Assembly (NCBI GenBank): GCA_951406725.2
Contig: OX597819.1
Coordinates: forward strand, 74,276,001-74,340,000
Source of the DNA: Octopus vulgaris
Taxonomy: Eukaryota
Direction of reading: 5' to 3'
DNA length: 64,000 bases
Shown here one piece after another: positions 18,240 through 31,787 of the stretch. Each line of letters begins with the position of its first letter. The stretch's first letter is position 1. Position numbers and translations under genes: made by a program. The notes beneath the pieces are model-generated. The model saw only the letters and a list, made by a program, of their open reading frames with translations. It ran no database searches and was not told the origin of the DNA.

Positions 18240-18665
18240 ACTGTGTGTGTATGTGTGTATGTGTGTGTGTGTTTATCTCAGTGTGTGTGTGTGCGTGCGC
18301 GTGTTTGTTTATCTCAGTGTGTGTGTGTGTGCATGTGTATTTGTTTATCTCAGTGTGTGTGTGTGCATGTTTATCTTAGAGTGTGTGTGTGTTTATCTCA
18401 ATGTGTGTGTGTATGAGTGTTTGCCTCAGTGTTTGTGTGTTTGTGTGTGTGTGTGTGTGTTTATCTCAGTGTGTGCGTGTGTGTGTATGTTTATCTCAAT
18501 GTGTGTGTGTGTGTTTATTTCAGTGTTTGTGTGTGTGTGTGTGTATGTGTTTATATCCGCGTGTATGTGAATGTGAGTGTATGTATGTATGTATGTGTAT
18601 TTGTTTATCTCAGTGTGTGTGTGAGGTTATATCAGCGTGTGTTTATCCCAGTGTGTGTGTGTGTG
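18240..18665. repeat. Minisatellite of (TG)n-TTTATCTCAG units
   Basis: About a dozen degenerate tttatctca(g/a) cores separated by TG runs. Confidence 0.85.
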
Positions 18666-19584
18666 CGCGCGCATGAGTGCGTATGTGTGTGCGTGTATGA
18701 GAGTGTGTGTGTGTGCGTACGTGGGTGTAATTGATCGTCTGGTAGTTTATAGAACTACCACACGATAACAAAAAAATAACAAACGGTAATATAGAGTTAC
18801 TTCCCTTGGACTACATAAAAATGCCCAGATCTGCGTTGACACTCAAATTAAGAAATATAACAGTAAATTCATTCGATTACTGTTTTTCTTTTTTTCTTTC
18901 AGCCTCAACAAATCTATATTCATTTCTACTAACTAATTCTTTCGGCATTTCTTCGGCAACAACAGTAAAATCTCGGTGAATATTTCATTCCAAAACATAT
19001 CCAGAGTTGTCTCCCTTACCATTTGAAAGTCGCTCTGTTTCATGGGGAAACTGCGGTCCGTCTAACAAAATGGCATGTCTAACAAAAAAATCACCTTCGA
19101 TGATGAGCCATGTCTCATGCGGCCCGCATTTTGAAAATGTTTGCCCATATCTAGTCATAACTTTGATGCCCTCTTACTATTAGTTTAGCTGTTATCTTTT
19201 CGCGCAGATTACTCTTTTACTTGTTTCAGTCATTTGACTGTGGCCAAGGGGGAACAGCCTTTAGTCGAAGAAATCGACCCCAGGACTTATTCTTTGTAAG
19301 CCTAGTACTTATTCTATCGGTCTCTCTTGCCGAACCGCTATGTTACGAGGACGTAAAAACACCAGCATCGGTTGTCAAGCGATGTGGGGGGATAAACACA
19401 CACACACACATATTTATATATACATATATACGATGGGCTTCTTTCAGTTTCCGTCTACCAAATCCACTAACAGGACTTTGGTCTGCCGGAGGCTATAGTA
19501 GAAGACACTCGCCCAAGGTGCCACGCTGTGGTACTGAACCCAGAACCGTGTTGTTGGTAAGCAAGCTACTTACCACACAGCCAC

Positions 19585-19617
<33 letters not shown>

Positions 19618-19658
19618 ATATATGTATATATATGTATATATGTATATGTATGTATGTA

Positions 19659-19714
<56 letters not shown>

Positions 19715-19716
<2 letters not shown>

Positions 19717-19947
19717 CGTGATCGACCAGGGTATCAGATGTTGTTACACATCGCTGGTCACAATGCGCTTGGCATTGTTTTAGCCTTCAAATGACGCCAC
19801 TCCGCTGGCCAACAGCGAGCAGGCCAACAAGAAAGAGTGAGAAAGTTGTGGCGAAAGCGTATAGCAAGGATCGCCCCGCCCCCCTGCCGGAGCCACTTGG
19901 AGCTTTAGGTGTTTTCGCTCAATAAACACTCACAACGCCCGGTCTGG

Positions 19948-19950
<3 letters not shown>
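19715..19950 (-). mobile_element. tRNA-headed SINE family 3 (truncated; fuller copy at 52795-53100)
   Basis: Near-identical body to 52795-53100, whose minus-strand head has tggccaagtggttag (box A) and gtttcgattccc (box B). Confidence 0.75.
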
Positions 19951-19999
<49 letters not shown>

Positions 20000-20061
20000 A
20001 TAAAACGGTAAGATAACAAAAGAAAGAAAGAGACCTCAATATTATGTAAATAGAGGAAATT

Positions 20062-20122
20062 TATCTATACAATATGTTACATTACTCGGTAGTCAACTAC
20101 CGAGTAATGTAACATATTGTAT

Positions 20123-20127
<5 letters not shown>
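20062..20127. repeat. Perfect palindrome, 32-bp arms, 2-nt loop, abutting (TA)n
   Basis: tatctatacaatatgttacattactcggtagt-ca-actaccgagtaatgtaacatattgtatagata. Confidence 0.9.
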
Positions 20128-20166
<39 letters not shown>

Positions 20167-21022
20167 TCTTTTACTCTTTTACTTGTTTCAGTCATTTGAC
20201 TGCGGCCATGCTGGACCACCGCCATGAAAAGGGTGAAGAACTCTTGTCAAATCACAACAGATTGCAGCATAATGAGTTTTTATAATTTTTAAAAACATTT
20301 CACTGGCTCAGTAATGTTAGCACCAAGCAGGTCCCACGCCAATGTTCTAATTTTGGTTTAAAGTTTCGTACCTTGTTTAGTTTAACTCTTTTCTCAACCG
20401 CAAAGCCATTCCTTTCTGATCCCTTCGGACCGTTCTTCTACCAGTTCTGGATAGTGAACATGATTTTTTGTCCTCTTAGATATTCTTTATCACTTCGCAT
20501 ATTTTACAGCAGTTTTCCGTTTCTATTCCTTGGCCAAAAGCTGCTCTCAACAACTCCATGTTTCTTGTAGGTGACAGTACATCTGTTCTTTTCAAAATGT
20601 TATATGGCTTAACATTTTGTACATAGCAAGAAGTCCCTTTTTTTGTTCATCACAATACTTTTGACGCAACGGTGTAACACTAAACAATAAAAAACAGCAA
20701 CAGATAAACAACAACAAAAAACGAATAAAACATATCTCACGTCTGTGAACTCTCAGGTTTTGTAATCTATTAAATTCAACGACTTTTAAACAACAGAATG
20801 TAAGCGCATACCTCAAGTGTTCTGATAGATAAGATTAACAATTCTTATTGGTGTATCTCTATACTTATATCGTCTTTCAAAGCTGCAGAGAATAACGTTC
20901 TGTAGACTGGTCGTCAAACGACCCGGACTTACCCCTTCCGACATCTCTTCATTTTCACAGGTTTGGTGAGACGTTGATTTATTTTCAATAGAATGCTACC
21001 CAATCAGTTTGACGCTGCTTTC

Positions 21023-21104
<82 letters not shown>

Positions 21105-21158
21105 GATATATATATATACATATATACATATAGATATATATATACATATATATATATA

Positions 21159-21190
<32 letters not shown>

Positions 21191-21240
21191 CTGTTTTACA
21201 TGATTTCCTGCTATATACTACTACTACTACGACTACTACG

Positions 21241-21326
<86 letters not shown>

Positions 21327-21892
21327 TAATAATAATAATAATTTCTTTTGCATTATATATATACACACATGTATATGAATGTGTGTATGATATATGAAGA
21401 ATGGATATATGGTATTACGTTTATTCCACTGTTTACAATTGTTTCATAATAATGATGATGATGATGATGATTTCATTTATTTGCCACAAGGGCGATGGAT
21501 GAGTGGGACAATACGAAGACAGACATAAAGTGTAGGGGTTTACATATAATGAAATAAAAAACACAAATGAAAGAAAGTATACAGGGTATACACCGAAAAA
21601 GAAGGGACACAAATGCTTAGCAAAGAAAGATTTTTAAAAAATGTGGTGTGGAGTATGAGAGAGATGTGGCTCTTCTGATACAGGAAGGCCTCTAGGGATA
21701 ATCGAGGAACCCCACTGTCCGAGATTTCTTTGAAACCCCAGGAGCAAGTGCCCTCTCCAATTCCTTCTCACTGACTCACAGGTCTACACTTAGAGAGGTA
21801 CCATCCACTCTTGCCATTTTCGCAACTTCCACCTGCCTTTCAATAAATTCACTCGACGACTTCCTTCTCCGCTCTCAATTTCCTTTTCAATA

Positions 21893-21938
<46 letters not shown>

Positions 21939-21966
21939 CGATAACAACAACAACAACAACAACAAC

Positions 21967-22025
<59 letters not shown>

Positions 22026-22134
22026 CAATGGCGATAACGACGACGACGACGACGACGATGATGATAATGATGATGAGGAGGAGGAGGAACGAGGAAGAAG
22101 AGAAACGAGGAAGAGGAGGAACGAGGAAGAGGAG

Positions 22135-22203
22135 GATTTCTTTATTAACCACAAAGGGTTTACATTAAGAAAAAATCAAGGGCGGCACAGGACAAACCAT
22201 TGA

Positions 22204-22266
<63 letters not shown>

Positions 22267-23035
22267 CGTATTGTTGTGGGGGTTTTGCATGGAAACAGAT
22301 TTAACGTAAGGAAACGAAAACATTTTTGCAATGAGTATTCCTCGGTAGGGAGGAGACATTCGAAGGTTGTTCATGGAAAAAACATAAAAGCACGGGTTCC
22401 CTGACTTCTGGGGCGGGTTCCTTCTCTTGGTTCCTTATTTCCGATTTACAGGCGAATTCTCAGGGTAGGTCCGTTCCCTTGTACCATGCTCATCACGCTC
22501 ATCCATCCTTCAACAAAATGGCAAGAAGGTAACACTTTCTTCGCCACCCTTATTCTCGTCTTCAAGTTTCACTTGAAGAAGTTGATGAGGGACTGACTAA
22601 AGTGAAAAGTGGTTATCTTCAGCCCCTTCAATCTCGTCCACCATACAACCTCTTTCACTATGGCCACCAGGCATATAAAAACTGCCTGCTCTTCCCGGTT
22701 AAAAGAAGGTGGCAGGGCGATTTTCACGATGAATTCAGTTGATAGCTGGATACGTCCCTCACGTGACATAAACCCACAGGTCAACAATACTCGAGCACTG
22801 GACGGTTTCGTCAGTCAGCAAGCGTCTCGGACATGCTTGACTGATGGTACTTCTGTGCCTGTAGAATTTATCTCGGGCAAGAAATGCTCCCTGTTAGCAC
22901 TGCCAGGCCATGAATTTGTGGAAGCTTTCCATCGACCATGGGACGTAAGTTAATCAGAAGTGAAAGGCGGGTTGATCGTCTTCGACGCCCAGAGACTCCC
23001 CAAGAACGTCATCGCACTTCCCTGCCACTAATCCC
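22135..23035 (-). mobile_element. Decayed 3' fragment of a Tx1/L1-like LINE (related short piece at ~21470-21860)
   Basis: Peptide AVFICLVAIVKEVVWWTRLKGL...LINFFK typical of Tx1-type ORF2 C-termini; 3' end ttctttattaaccacaaaggg abuts a microsatellite. Confidence 0.6.
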
Positions 23036-24129
23036 CTATAGAACGCTAAAGTGGACTTTCCTCCTATCGCAGTGCCCGATTGGCTGAGGGCTGTGAACAC
23101 TGTATACAGTGTTCAGGTGCACTACAACTTGTTGAAAAAGGGTAAAAAGGCACAGAAAGCAAACATATAAGTGAAGTAAAGAATGATAGCAATAATAGCT
23201 AAAAGCACATGTATAGTATACAGGAAAAACGAAAACAGAAAAGTGAAAATTCAAAGAACCATAAAAATGAAAGGGTGAATGGGCGATGCTAGGAATATAA
23301 AGTCAAAAAGCATGTGATTTTTGAAGGACGCAGTGTTCACAGGCAAGCTAATGGTACAAATTACAATCTTAACTGTTTGAGTAGATATAACTACCTCTTC
23401 AAGTGGTCCTCAAACATTCCAGGAGAGACTGAACATCGAGAAAAGAAAATTACTGACGCTCTTCGTATGAAAATAGAATTAAAATATTAAATTTCTCATG
23501 AAAACTGATAAAACAAAAGAAAATAGTCGCAAAGATAAAGGAAGCCAGTCCATGCGTTGCTTTGTTAATTATATTTGTTTATAACTTAATTAGATAAACT
23601 TAGATATGTTTCGACCAAAGATTGGTCCAGGCCATGTCTAACTTAATAGCACCACCTGAATGTTTTTTCTCAAGATGATTAAACATATTAGATTTTCTCA
23701 AAATTCAAGACACCAAATATGTCTAAGTCCTTGGTGCACCATTCCTGTTGTAAGTTAGCCGGATAGAAACTTTCTGATGCTACGTCCATGAGAGATGTGG
23801 CATTAAGCATACTTTGGCGACAGATAGAATCGAGTGACTATGTATTCTTCTGCTGTTTTTTTATATTTCTATAACAATGTGTTTTTACATTAAAGACAGA
23901 AACGTGTGTTTCGAGGGATCTTTGGTTAGTATATCTTGTAGGATGTACTAGAAGCGTTGAGGTAGACTCGTTGGATCCGTTGATGTTGCTGTTGCTAATT
24001 ATGGTTGTATTGTTACAGGTTTTGTTGCCACCTTTACCACAGAAAATCACTCAAGTGTACACCTCTCAAAGCCACAGTTATATCTCTACAGCAAGGATCC
24101 CCTGTAAGGCGTTAGCTTGAAGAATCTAA

Positions 24130-24265
24130 CCACTTCTCACTCTTTGCCACACATATAACTTTCTAGCAACAAGCTTCTCCATTCATGGTTTGACCACAGT
24201 CTCCAGCAGCGTCACATAAGCGCCGCCTGAATTGAGACTAAGGTCCAATTCAAAGATGTGAAGAT
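24130..24265 (-). pseudogene. Short Tc1/mariner-superfamily transposase remnant
   Basis: Reads HIFELDLSLNS..YVTLLETVVKP*MEKLVARKLYVWQ, resembling the segment before the second catalytic Asp. Confidence 0.4.
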
Positions 24266-24538
24266 GGATTCCGGCAGCGAACGCAGTCGGAGTCTTACAA
24301 CATAAACCTCGTCCAGGTGACCCGACCTGGGTCGATTAAACTTAGACCTGTATTCAAGCGACACTTTACTGAGCCCATCTTTTCAGCGAGAGCTATCTAT
24401 AGAGGCTTTCAGCCTCTACGTGGCTCTTTGAGCCTTTTTCTTCTGCTTATTTCTATAAGGAATTAATTTCGACTCCAATAATCTGAGAAAACCAAAAGAA
24501 TAACGAAACAAACAAACAAGTGAATTGATTTACGTAAA

Positions 24539-24544
24539 TTTATT
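24539..24544 (-). terminator. Candidate polyadenylation signal of gene B
   Basis: AATAAA on minus strand about 360 nt after the stop; three TATTTAT heptamers lie in between (24831-24837, 24811-24817, 24601-24607). Confidence 0.45.
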
Positions 24545-24903
24545 ATTATTTAAAAAATTGATTTACAAAAATATATTCTTTCATTCATAATATAGTTTAT
24601 ATAAATATTGATCTTTTTTCTCGACGTTCAATGACAAACATATGCCCTATATGTTTTCAGAAAAATCTGATGTGGAAACGGTAGCGTTCATACCTTTCCC
24701 AGGGGTATTAGCAGCGTAGGTGAAGTGACAGAGTATAGACTAATAATTCCGTATCGCGGAAATGATTGGCTATTTCTTCCCACTTTTACGGTGCTCGCTA
24801 TAAGTTATATATAAATATTAATTTAAAATGATAAATACATAATTTTCAAACAATACACACATGCGCATACACACGCGCGCGCTCACACATCTGAAATATT
24901 TGA

Positions 24904-25062
24904 TTAAAATTCTAATCGAAGCTTGTCATCCACTTGATTAAGTAGATTTTGTAGATGATGGAGAGTGACCATTGAAAACCATCGGCTCCATACCAAAGGG
25001 GTATCTGACTTGACCAATAAATCGTTGTCAACGGTGGTGTTTTCAAAACTGTAAGTTGTTAC
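24904..25062 (-). CDS. Gene B exon 5 (52 aa + TAA; not in ORF track)
   Basis: ttttttactattttag| acceptor; same length as gene A exon 5. Confidence 0.9.
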   Translation of the reverse strand, partial: VTTYSFENTTVDNDLLVKSDTPLVWSRWFSMVTLHHLQNLLNQVDDKLRLEF

Positions 25063-26484
25063 CTAAAATAGTAAAAAAAAAAGAAAAACATGTGAATCAT
25101 TTAATTAATTTGATTGAAGTTTATAATAAGTCATCTGAAATCGCTTCTCCATAAATATTTTGATCAATCGAAACAACTCTGAAGATCGATTTAACAGGAA
25201 AGTGTTTTGTAACAATCATCATTACGGCATATTGATACTGATGAAGAGTCGCTGCCGTCTACATCTATGTATGTAGAGCCAGCTGTCCTGCAGAATGTCT
25301 TCTGTCTCCCTGTTACCGATTCGAACTCAATATTACAAGCCAATGAAACTCTTAGCAGTTTTACTCTGCTCCCACTTATCACTGCAACAAAATCCAGAAA
25401 TAATTTCTTTTTGTCATTCTCTTAAAAAAACTGAAACCATCCACGAGGTGTTAGGAATGGATTAAAGAAATATTTTACAACGGATGATGTTTGTAGAACG
25501 TTCCTTGGATTAAAGTTAATGGAACTGGTATTAGCTGGACTTTCTTTGAGAAACGTAATGATAAAGAATGGTCAAGATAAAATCCCATCTTATTTAACTG
25601 TTGAAAGATAACTAGATTATTAGTTTGTATGTTCAAATCTAATGCAGGCGACTTATTATGGATTGTATATAATTGCATATAAACACACACACATACACAC
25701 AAAGATATATACATGTATATACACACACATGTGTGTGTAATGTATAGAAATATTTAACAAATTTACACCAGTCTGTGGACAAACGAAAGAAGGGCACCCA
25801 ACATATTTATTGATTTATTGGGAGTTACATGTATCGAGCAAAACAGTTTGATTCAGACTCCTTGCTACTCTGAGTTTCAAACGTGTGGCTAGTCTTCGAC
25901 CATTGGGGTCTGACCACAATGGCTGAAGACTAGCCACACACTTGAAACTCTGAGTACAAAGAAGTCTGAATGAAACGGTTTCGTTATATATATATATATA
26001 TATATATACGTACACACGCACACACACACACACACACACACATACACACACACACACTCATACACACATAAGGTATGGTATTGATCAGAAGGAAGTGAAC
26101 ATTCACACTTGTAGTGTTTTGAGGTAGAATAAGGGGTCAATAGGGTTTAATGAACGGGAGATAAAAAGAGACGAACATCAGAAAAAGTTTGAGAAGAAGA
26201 AGAAGAAGAAGAAGAAGAAGAAGAAGAAGAAGAAGAAGAAGAAGAAGAAGAAGAAGAAGAAGAAGAAGAAGAAGAAGAAGAAGAAGAATGATAAAGTAAT
26301 TGGGTTTACTTGTTAAAGTTGGTATAACCGGATATAAAGATCGGGTATTTAGTTAGATATATTGGTTGGCGAGGGGTGGGAGAAGGAAGAAGGAAAGTGA
26401 GAAAAAAGTGTGCGTATGTGTGTGTGTGCATGAGTGAGAGAGAGGGAGAAACAGAGAGTACATGAAAAGACGTGTAATGTGTGT

Positions 26485-26532
<48 letters not shown>

Positions 26533-26739
26533 CAAGAGCGTTCCGGGAAATCCAATCCCGTATCATGGCTTCATCAAAAACATTTCCGTTTACTTCGTTA
26601 ATATCTTTAATATTTTTTCGAGGACGATAAAATAAGTACCAGTTGTGCCCTGGGGTCAATATAACCAGCTTATACCCTCCCTCGAAATTGCTGGGTAGGT
26701 GAGTGGGTGGGTTAAATCGATAGGTAGGCAAGTAATAAA

Positions 26740-26770
<31 letters not shown>

Positions 26771-26776
26771 TGTATG

Positions 26777-26844
<68 letters not shown>

Positions 26845-27121
26845 CAACAACGATATCTAGAGGTAATGTAGTACGATCGTTTCAAGCAACTCCATTTAAT
26901 TGAACAATGCAATCATTACATCAATTTAAATATATATATTGTTCAACTTTATAGAAAAACAAAGGACGAAGACAGGTGTAGGAAAAACAAGTAGGTGTAT
27001 TAGTTTAACGCTCGGGGAAAATGGAAAAGTCTTTTACGTTTCGAGCCTATGCTCTTCGACAGAGAGGAAGAAGGGGGAAAATGGAGAGAGAAAAACTGTA
27101 AAGTTCAGCGGTCCAACATGA

Positions 27122-27176
<55 letters not shown>

Positions 27177-27198
27177 CATACATACATACATACATACT

Positions 27199-27237
<39 letters not shown>

Positions 27238-27929
27238 TTATGTATGCATACATGTATATACATGGATACATAGAATAGAGCGATTATAGAGAGATAAGCG
27301 GATAAATAAATAGAGAGACAAAAGGATACAAAATAGTTAAAATATATAGTCGCCATTAACATTGAAATACTTACCATCTGCGTTAAAAGTAGCTTCAGAT
27401 CTTTCAAGAGTGAATTGGCATTCCGCAAATGACAGAAAAATGTGGCATCATTACTGAAAGTTCCTTGAAAACAAGCATTTGGATAATAGCAGGGAACTCC
27501 GAGTTCCTTTGCAGGAGCACAAAGATAGCTGAGTTCTCTGTTTAGTTGGCTTTCGATACTGGTGTTGTATTGTGAAATTACGGCGGTCATGTTTACTAAA
27601 GCCATCTAGATTGAGGAAGAAATAATGAGAAATTGCTGCTGTAGTTGAAATTGTGAAATAAAGACATGTTTCGATATATAAAATATATAAAAAATATATA
27701 TAAAAAAAGGCATGAAGCGTTGAAGAATACATAAGTCACAGACACTTGTATATCTAAATAGATACATTCTTGTAAATGGAACGGAAAATAAGCAAGAATT
27801 CGTTTTCTTTCCAACGTTTGACAAATAAAAACACACACACATACATACACATACATACTTATACACTTGTATGTGTATAAATATATACATATATGTTTGT
27901 ATGCAGTCACACAAATTTACATATATTCA

Positions 27930-27960
<31 letters not shown>

Positions 27961-27982
27961 CATACATACATACATACATACA

Positions 27983-28013
<31 letters not shown>

Positions 28014-28986
28014 GTGGTTATTATATCACAACTCGTTAGTGACCATGCTGACTTCTCCATATATATTTAGCCTGGTTTATAATCGACTGATTTGATTACA
28101 GTATATTACCCAAACATTTAGTCTGCTAATGTTGCAGACTCCCTCACCATTCTTGGACAAAATGATGTAAATCCATATTTATATTCACAGAATAGCGCAA
28201 TGTTTTTTACTGCAGCCCATTACCGGTTCTCCCAATTTATTACCGTTTCCTATAAACATTGTCTTGTCACTGAGGTATACTCAAGACGCACAAAACTCTT
28301 GCTTTGCTACAGCACAAGACCCTAAAATGGGTGGCCTAACTCTGCCGTGAAGAGACGGGATTAGAGAATTAAATCAGATTATCCTCTTTGTGTTAAAAGT
28401 TATCATTAGCTTGGTTGATCCTTCGAAAACTTAGTCTTTCGATTTGCTTGTTACCCACTTAAAAAACAATAATTTCATTATGGTGTTTTCCACTCTAAGG
28501 CCACCGAATCATTGGGACTTTTCCAATCCCAGATGAAACCCACCAGAGTTATAGAGTTGCGGGAAAATGACCGCTTCTTTTCTTCTTCAAATCAACCCCA
28601 ATGATGAAGAAAATATTGAGTGTTAGAGGCGTCGACCTAATGAAACAATCGCTAGTTGTAAAAATACTGAAATATTCATTAAAAACATACCTCGAAATCG
28701 TCGTAGTTTGTGAAATTCAAATCTTCTCTCAGGTGTAATTCGGGAAAAGTTTTATTCGTTAAATTGGTTAGGTGCTCGATAAAATCTTTACATTCAACAC
28801 CGGGAAAGTACCACATGTTGTCACACTAGAAAATATAATATACATAATATATAATATGTAATATTTAATTACATAATAATAGCAACAGAATAAATGTTGG
28901 TTGGTTGATTTCTCCATTTCCACTTTACATGGCATGGAAGAAGAAGAGGGAGAGAGAGGGAGAAAGAGATGTATATATATATATAT

Positions 28987-29033
<47 letters not shown>

Positions 29034-30722
29034 GACAGACAGATAGACAGACAGACAGGATTAACGTAACAGGTGCAGAGTTAAGTGCACATATCAGGCT
29101 TGGTGGAAGGCAATGAGTAAAGGAACGTCACATACACATACAAAATGAAAAAGAATCATAGAGGAAGGGGAATAAATGACGAAGTAGTTGACTGTTAGTG
29201 AAAAAAAGCCTCTAAAATAGTCAATATTTATCGTAATGAAGACGGCGAGCTGGCGGAAACGTTAGCACGTCGAGCGAAATGCTTAGTGGTATGTCGTCCG
29301 TTTTTACGTTCTGAGTTTAAATTCCCCTGAGATCGATTTTGTCTTTCATCCTTTCGGGGTCGATAAAATAAGCACCAGTTGTATTAATCAATTATCTCCA
29401 TCCCGCAAAATTTCAGGCCCTGCGTTTTTCGTAGAAAATTATATTTATAGTAGTGAATATATATTCCGAAGATACGCTTCAAAGCACGCTGGTATTTGCA
29501 AAGTTAAGAATTTATAGCAATGTGTTGCAAATGAATTTATCACTAAAATTGCTACGATTATATTGGTTTCAAATTTTAGCACAAGGCCAGCTATTTCGGG
29601 AGCGGGTGGGGCGGGGGAAGCGAGTCGATTACATTCTATTTATTTTATAGACCCCGAAAGGATGAAAGGCAAAGTCGATCTCAGCGGAATTTGAACTCAG
29701 AACATAAAGACAGACGAAATACCACTAATCATTTTGCCCGGCTTGCTAACGTCTCTGCCAGCTTTCTTCATATCATCCATACCATGGATGATATGAAGAA
29801 ATATGGCAGACATATCATAGTTATTAAGTAAGGTTTTTATCAAGTTAGTGGCAAAACTATACTTCCAAAGTTATCTATCGTACAACAGGTAAAACCTCAG
29901 TTAATTGCATAATAATAATTACATCATAATTAGCTAAACAAGGTAAAAATCGATTAGAGGTGTTTCATGTATTTTATCTCTCAATAATTAGGAGTTGTTT
30001 TTATAAGAATTTTTATCAAGATATAATTATTGATTTGAAAAAGTCTTAGCAATTGGTAAATTAGAAAGTTGTAGAAGACAGGACATGGTCGTAGAGGGAT
30101 GAAAAATGATGCCTTTGACTTTGGTGTCGTTGGATCTCGTAACCTGAAAACTTAACAAAATACGATGAGGTAATTGGTTCAGTATTTTGCTATTCCTGAC
30201 AAACAATCGAATCATCCAGCATAGTAATTTCCGATATTGCCATCGATCATACACAATCGATTAAATTGTTCCCCAGTATATTACTAGTGACTGGTCAATC
30301 GTTCACGGAAGGATAAAGCCCTACTTACTGACTTATCGCCCAGAAAGGATTAATGACAAAGGTCAAATCTGGTGAGATTTGAACTTAGAAAATGAATTAA
30401 ATCAAAATACCACAAGGTATTTCGTTGGTCCCTCAACCGCCATTCCATAATTATTATTATTATTTTAACATATAATTATTACTTACATAATACTGCAATA
30501 CGTTTCCAACTACAATTTTTGTAGTATGAGAGGTTTCTTGCACAATATGGAAAAGTGCATCTGAGGACCACGAAGAATTAGTTTCAGAAGGAATTGGTGA
30601 ACCAAAGACTTGTAAAGCATAACTGCATAGCAATACGACGGTGATGAAACGGCAAACTGGAACGATACAAGCATAATGCAAAGATTATTTTTACTTCGAT
30701 ATGTGTCTGTATAAGTGTATGT

Positions 30723-30785
<63 letters not shown>

Positions 30786-30879
30786 ACTAAAAAGAAAAAC
30801 AAACAGCAGAAAGAAAAATCATTGTTACTTGCTGAGAAGAAAATAAAGTACAGAAAGCGAAAAATCTGATCTTACCCAT
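24904..30879 (-). CDS. Gene B: secreted 232-aa six-cysteine protein, putative long-chain helical cytokine-like; complement(join(24904..25062,27375..27605,28691..28825,30487..30656,30876..30879))
   Basis: Complete open model with canonical junctions: M|[57 protein letters not shown]|[45 protein letters not shown]|[77 protein letters not shown]|[56 protein letters not shown] box upstream and poly(A) signal downstream. Confidence refers to the gene model. Confidence 0.92.
26192..26288. repeat. (AAG)n microsatellite in gene B intron 4
   Basis: Directly visible. Confidence 0.95.
27375..27605 (-). CDS. Gene B exon 4 (231 nt)
   Basis: cttcctcaatctag| ... ATG|gtaagt; same length as gene A exon 4, four conserved Cys. 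Confidence 0.92.
28691..28825 (-). CDS. Gene B exon 3 (135 nt; not in ORF track)
   Basis: ttttctag| ... GAG|gtatgt; same length and Cys positions as gene A exon 3. Confidence 0.9.
29241..29440 (+). mobile_element. SINE family 2 (Nin/Deu-domain-like core) in gene B intron 2
   Basis: ggcgagctggc.gaaacgttagc head and ctttcatcctttcggggtcgataaaataag core; inverted partner at 29570-29765. Confidence 0.75.
29570..29765 (-). mobile_element. SINE family 2 copy, inverted relative to 29241-29440
   Basis: gaccccgaaaggatgaaaggcaaagtcga...gctaacgtctctgccagct. Confidence 0.75.
30487..30656 (-). CDS. Gene B exon 2 (signal peptide and first predicted helix)
   Basis: tatcgttccag| ... TAT|gtaagt; signal-peptide-like [23 protein letters not shown]. 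Confidence 0.88.
30876..30879 (-). CDS. Gene B exon 1 coding part (ATG G)
   Basis: Minus strand reads ccacaATGG|gtaaga; phase 1 fits exon 2. Confidence 0.8.
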
Positions 30880-31060
30880 TGTGGATATTTGTGCTTTTGT
30901 CAGTGAAGTGTAAAGTTGGCTATGTCTACTTAGTGTGAAAAATAGCTGTTTTGTTGTAAAGTCGGCGTAAATTTGAAGCTTCAAGATAGTTAGCAAGGCG
31001 AGATGGTGACCAAATGCAAACTTTTGTGTTTGTGATGAGTGAAAGCCATAACAGCTCCTT

Positions 31061-31067
31061 TTTTATA
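31061..31067 (-). promoter_or_regulatory. TATA box of gene B
   Basis: Minus strand gcTATAAAAaaagg, about 185 nt upstream of the gene B ATG. Confidence 0.65.
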
Positions 31068-31679
31068 GCAGCTAGCTTTTAAGTTTTAAAGAGAAATTTG
31101 TACCTCACTGGATTTCGTTGCATTTCAACACGGAACAATTTCAACCCTTAAACCAGGAATTCTGATGTCTAGGATTTAGTTACAAAGAATAGCCATATAT
31201 AGTAGGTCGCCAAATGTTGATGTGTGGGTGCGAATGTTGATGAGAGCGCATGTGTGTGTGTGTGTGTGTGTGACTTTGTTTCACAATCGTTCATCGAGAC
31301 AATGTAGCTGGGGTTGTTTAGTGGATCAAAGTGAATCAAAGTGTTCCGTTTAGTTTACAAAGAAACTCGTAGAAATAACTTTAGGAAGTTAAATAGGAAA
31401 GATGATAGAGGTTTGTGCCGAAGGTTTATTATGAAATATGTTCCTTCACTTGAAATTGTAACTTTTATTTTTTTCTATCAGAATTTCTTAGATCTTTCAA
31501 TCAATAGACGTAAAGAAACGAAAGTTGTTCAGTTTCTTTGTAATTCTCCTTCATTTTAATCAACGAGGAGGTGAAATAAATTTCCGGAAATAGATTCGTC
31601 TTTTATCGCTCTTATTTTTAATTGACTTAAGCGTTACAATTCATTCATCTGTTAAATAATGGATGGTAGCCAACAGGTT

Positions 31680-31776
<97 letters not shown>

Positions 31777-31787
31777 AATAAAAAAAT

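Noticed and set aside
25191-25382. Cys-containing 63-aa ORF after a good acceptor in gene B intron 4
   Set aside because: Splicing from phase-0 exon 4 would hit TGA immediately; no homologue in gene A
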